Shown one piece after another: positions 26,968 to 28,655 of a stretch of DNA of 28,655 nucleotides. The notes beneath the pieces are model-generated. The model was not told the DNA's origin. It did no database searches and saw only the letters and a program-made list of their open reading frames with translations. Within the stretch, counting starts at the first letter, position 1. Every line of letters starts with the position of its first letter. This DNA is from a virus (taxonomy: Duplodnaviria; Caudoviricetes): positions 1 through 28,655 of IMG/VR virus record IMGVR_UViG_3300025816_000053; one strand, given 5' to 3'. Position numbers and translations under genes: made by a program.

Positions 26968-27696
26968 ATGAAAACAATCATTCTTACTCTAACTACATTG
27001 TTTATCCCTTTAATGTTTAATTTTACCAAATGGATAAACTATAACAACTACGAAGTATCAGATTCTGATTTTGTTACTGAATATGAAAATGAAAAAGTAA
27101 CAATTAAGTCAAATAATGATTTTAAGGTATTTGTTTTCAATAAAGGTTGTGATTTTAGTGTTGTTAATGGTACTCCTAATAATTGTGAGTTCTATATGAA
27201 TACTAATTTTTTTGGCGTCGATAACAACCCTATCGGTTTGGTTGTTGTTGATGGTACCCGTTATTCGGATAGAACTCGTGGTGGTGGGTTTTTCTATGTT
27301 AAAGACGGTAATCCTGTAGTGTCCCGTAACTGCCCCTCATATACAGACTATTCAACACAAACTATTTTGTGGGGTATTAGCAACGGTAAGATTAATAATC
27401 GTCTTATTAAAATGAAACACGCTAAGGAAGAAACTTACCGCAATGTTGTTGGTCAGAATAAAAAAGGTGAAATTATTACTGTCACATCAACTTTTGGTTC
27501 TATGGTCACAATTGAAGAAATCCTTAATGTGGGTAAACAGTTTGGTATGGTAAATGCGGTTTTGTTTGATGGTGGTACTTCACTCGACTATAAGTTTGAT
27601 AATGGAGATTACCAAACCAAATTTAAATCTCTACCTAATTGGATTGGTCTTATCTCAGGATATGGAAACCCTACAACTTATCTTTGTATTAATTAA
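26968..27696 (+). CDS. phosphodiester glycosidase-like (NAGPA family) exported protein
   Basis: N-terminal hydrophobic segment; motifs MNTNFF, PIGLVVVDG, YRNVVG and NAVLFDGGTS. Confidence 0.75.
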   Translation: MKTIILTLTTLFIPLMFNFTKWINYNNYEVSDSDFVTEYENEKVTIKSNNDFKVFVFNKGCDFSVVNGTPNNCEFYMNTNFFGVDNNPIGLVVVDGTRYSDRTRGGGFFYVKDGNPVVSRNCPSYTDYSTQTILWGISNGKINNRLIKMKHAKEETYRNVVGQNKKGEIITVTSTFGSMVTIEEILNVGKQFGMVNAVLFDGGTSLDYKFDNGDYQTKFKSLPNWIGLISGYGNPTTYLCIN

Positions 27697-28466
27697 AAAC
27701 AATTTGTTTTTTTAAATGTTTCTGATACTTCTTTGATATAACCGTGTGTTGTTGTGTTTACTGCATCGTCTCTAGTTGTGGTTAAGTTAGGTACGTAGTT
27801 TTTAACTTTTTTAGTCGTGTCCGCTTTATCAGTATCGATACATTTATTTTTAAGTCCATTTTTTCTTCTTTCGGGTATTTTTGACTCACACCAGTCTAAA
27901 ATTACTTTTCCATCTCCTGTATTATAAGCCGCCACCGCAATATCATAAATTGCATTTCCAATACCTAAATTATTTAAATTAGATGGTTCTTCAGTGTAAC
28001 CTCCTTTTTTCGCTAAATTTATACTTCTATTAAGTTTCCTATAAGCACCATCTAATGCACCTAATCTGGTCGATATGTCAGATAAATCTAATCCAAGTGA
28101 CTCCGCTGTGTCAATTTTCATTTGTGCAGGTCCTACAGAAGTATCTCCACCTAACCACGCCCATAACTCTTTAACAGGGTTAAGTGCAGTATATCTAAGA
28201 CCAGATTCGAAAGAACTTTCCCTACCAATAATACCCAACGCCAATTTTAATATTTCTTTATTATAACCTTTTTCTAATAAAGTAGCTACCGGACTTGCAA
28301 ATTTTTCATTTACGCAACTATATTTTTTTACTGCAAGATTATTTTTTTCTATTGCGGATGACGCCAATTGTTTAGACTTACGGTCAACCATAATGTCCGC
28401 ACTACCCTGCTCATTTAAGAACATGATATCATTAATCCTATCTATATTTTCTTGTAATCTAATCAT
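27693..28466 (-). CDS. lysozyme/lytic-transglycosylase-fold protein with the shared leader
   Basis: Catalytic IIGRESSF, SVGPAQMK and AVAAYNTG motifs. Confidence 0.75.
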   Translation of the reverse strand: MIRLQENIDRINDIMFLNEQGSADIMVDRKSKQLASSAIEKNNLAVKKYSCVNEKFASPVATLLEKGYNKEILKLALGIIGRESSFESGLRYTALNPVKELWAWLGGDTSVGPAQMKIDTAESLGLDLSDISTRLGALDGAYRKLNRSINLAKKGGYTEEPSNLNNLGIGNAIYDIAVAAYNTGDGKVILDWCESKIPERRKNGLKNKCIDTDKADTTKKVKNYVPNLTTTRDDAVNTTTHGYIKEVSETFKKTNCF

Positions 28467-28654
28467 TAAGATGAAAAGTAATCGACTACACCTTTACCTA
28501 ATGTCTCTAACTTATTAATTACTGTTTGTGAACCACCAAGTCTTTTAACCCATGCAATTCTTAATTTAGATGGTGGGTCACTTATAACGTCACCAGTTAC
28601 ATTATGGAATATTAAAGGAACCCCGTCTTTAATTGCCGCAACAGTACCAATGTG
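28466..28654 (-). CDS. 3' end of a truncated gene, possible NlpC/P60 (papain-like) amidase
   Basis: HIGTVAAIKDGVPLIFHNVTGDVISDPPSKLRIAWVKR...; TAATG coupling to the next gene. Confidence 0.5.
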   Translation of the reverse strand, partial: HIGTVAAIKDGVPLIFHNVTGDVISDPPSKLRIAWVKRLGGSQTVINKLETLGKGVVDYFSS

Positions 28655-28655
28655 A

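Noticed and set aside
1938-28266. Numerous short Ser/Ile/Phe-rich ORFs overlapping larger genes (e.g. 1938-2351, 6680-7006, 12310-12735, 16891-17190, 5910-6257, 14903-15148)
   Set aside because: They are antisense or alternative-frame shadows of well-supported genes.
1-28655. Stop-codon reassignment, as seen in some large phages
   Set aside because: Core genes are full length in the standard code, and TAA, TGA and TAG all end genes at tight junctions.
1-28655. tRNA/rRNA genes, integrase, or a host-prophage junction near clpC
   Set aside because: Intergenic gaps are short and explained by promoters and terminators, and phage-type motifs and leaders continue on both sides of clpC.

Overview
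AT-rich, densely coding segment of a large T4-like (Caudoviricetes) phage in the standard genetic code. It holds the head morphogenesis module on the minus strand: major capsid protein, prohead scaffold, prohead protease, portal and large terminase, with a phage-encoded ribosomal protein bS21 in the middle. A Bacteroidota (probably Flavobacteriia-like) host is suggested by the bS21 type, a DUF4494-like gene, TTTG-N19-20-TAnnTTTG promoters and A-rich leaders without Shine-Dalgarno sequences. Accessory genes include a ClpC-like ATPase lacking its N-domain that is divergent from a tandem-UVR protein, a KTSC plus nucleotidyltransferase pair, an M20/M28-type peptidase, and CAP, phosphodiester-glycosidase-like, lysozyme-like and OmpA-like proteins. 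The most interesting unexplained patterns are three. (1) Unrelated proteins share an N-terminal leader, E-[VI]-x-R-x-x-x-[LI]-M-x-L followed by [LIV]-x-E, which resembles the scaffold C-terminus and suggests a capsid cargo-loading and protease-release system. (2) A sense-strand TATTTATA motif, the reverse complement of the T4 late promoter, precedes nine transcription starts. (3) The ClpC/UVR pair is controlled by twin TGACA-N3-TGTCA palindromes and a sigma54-like box. All family calls come from motif recognition by eye; no database searches were run.
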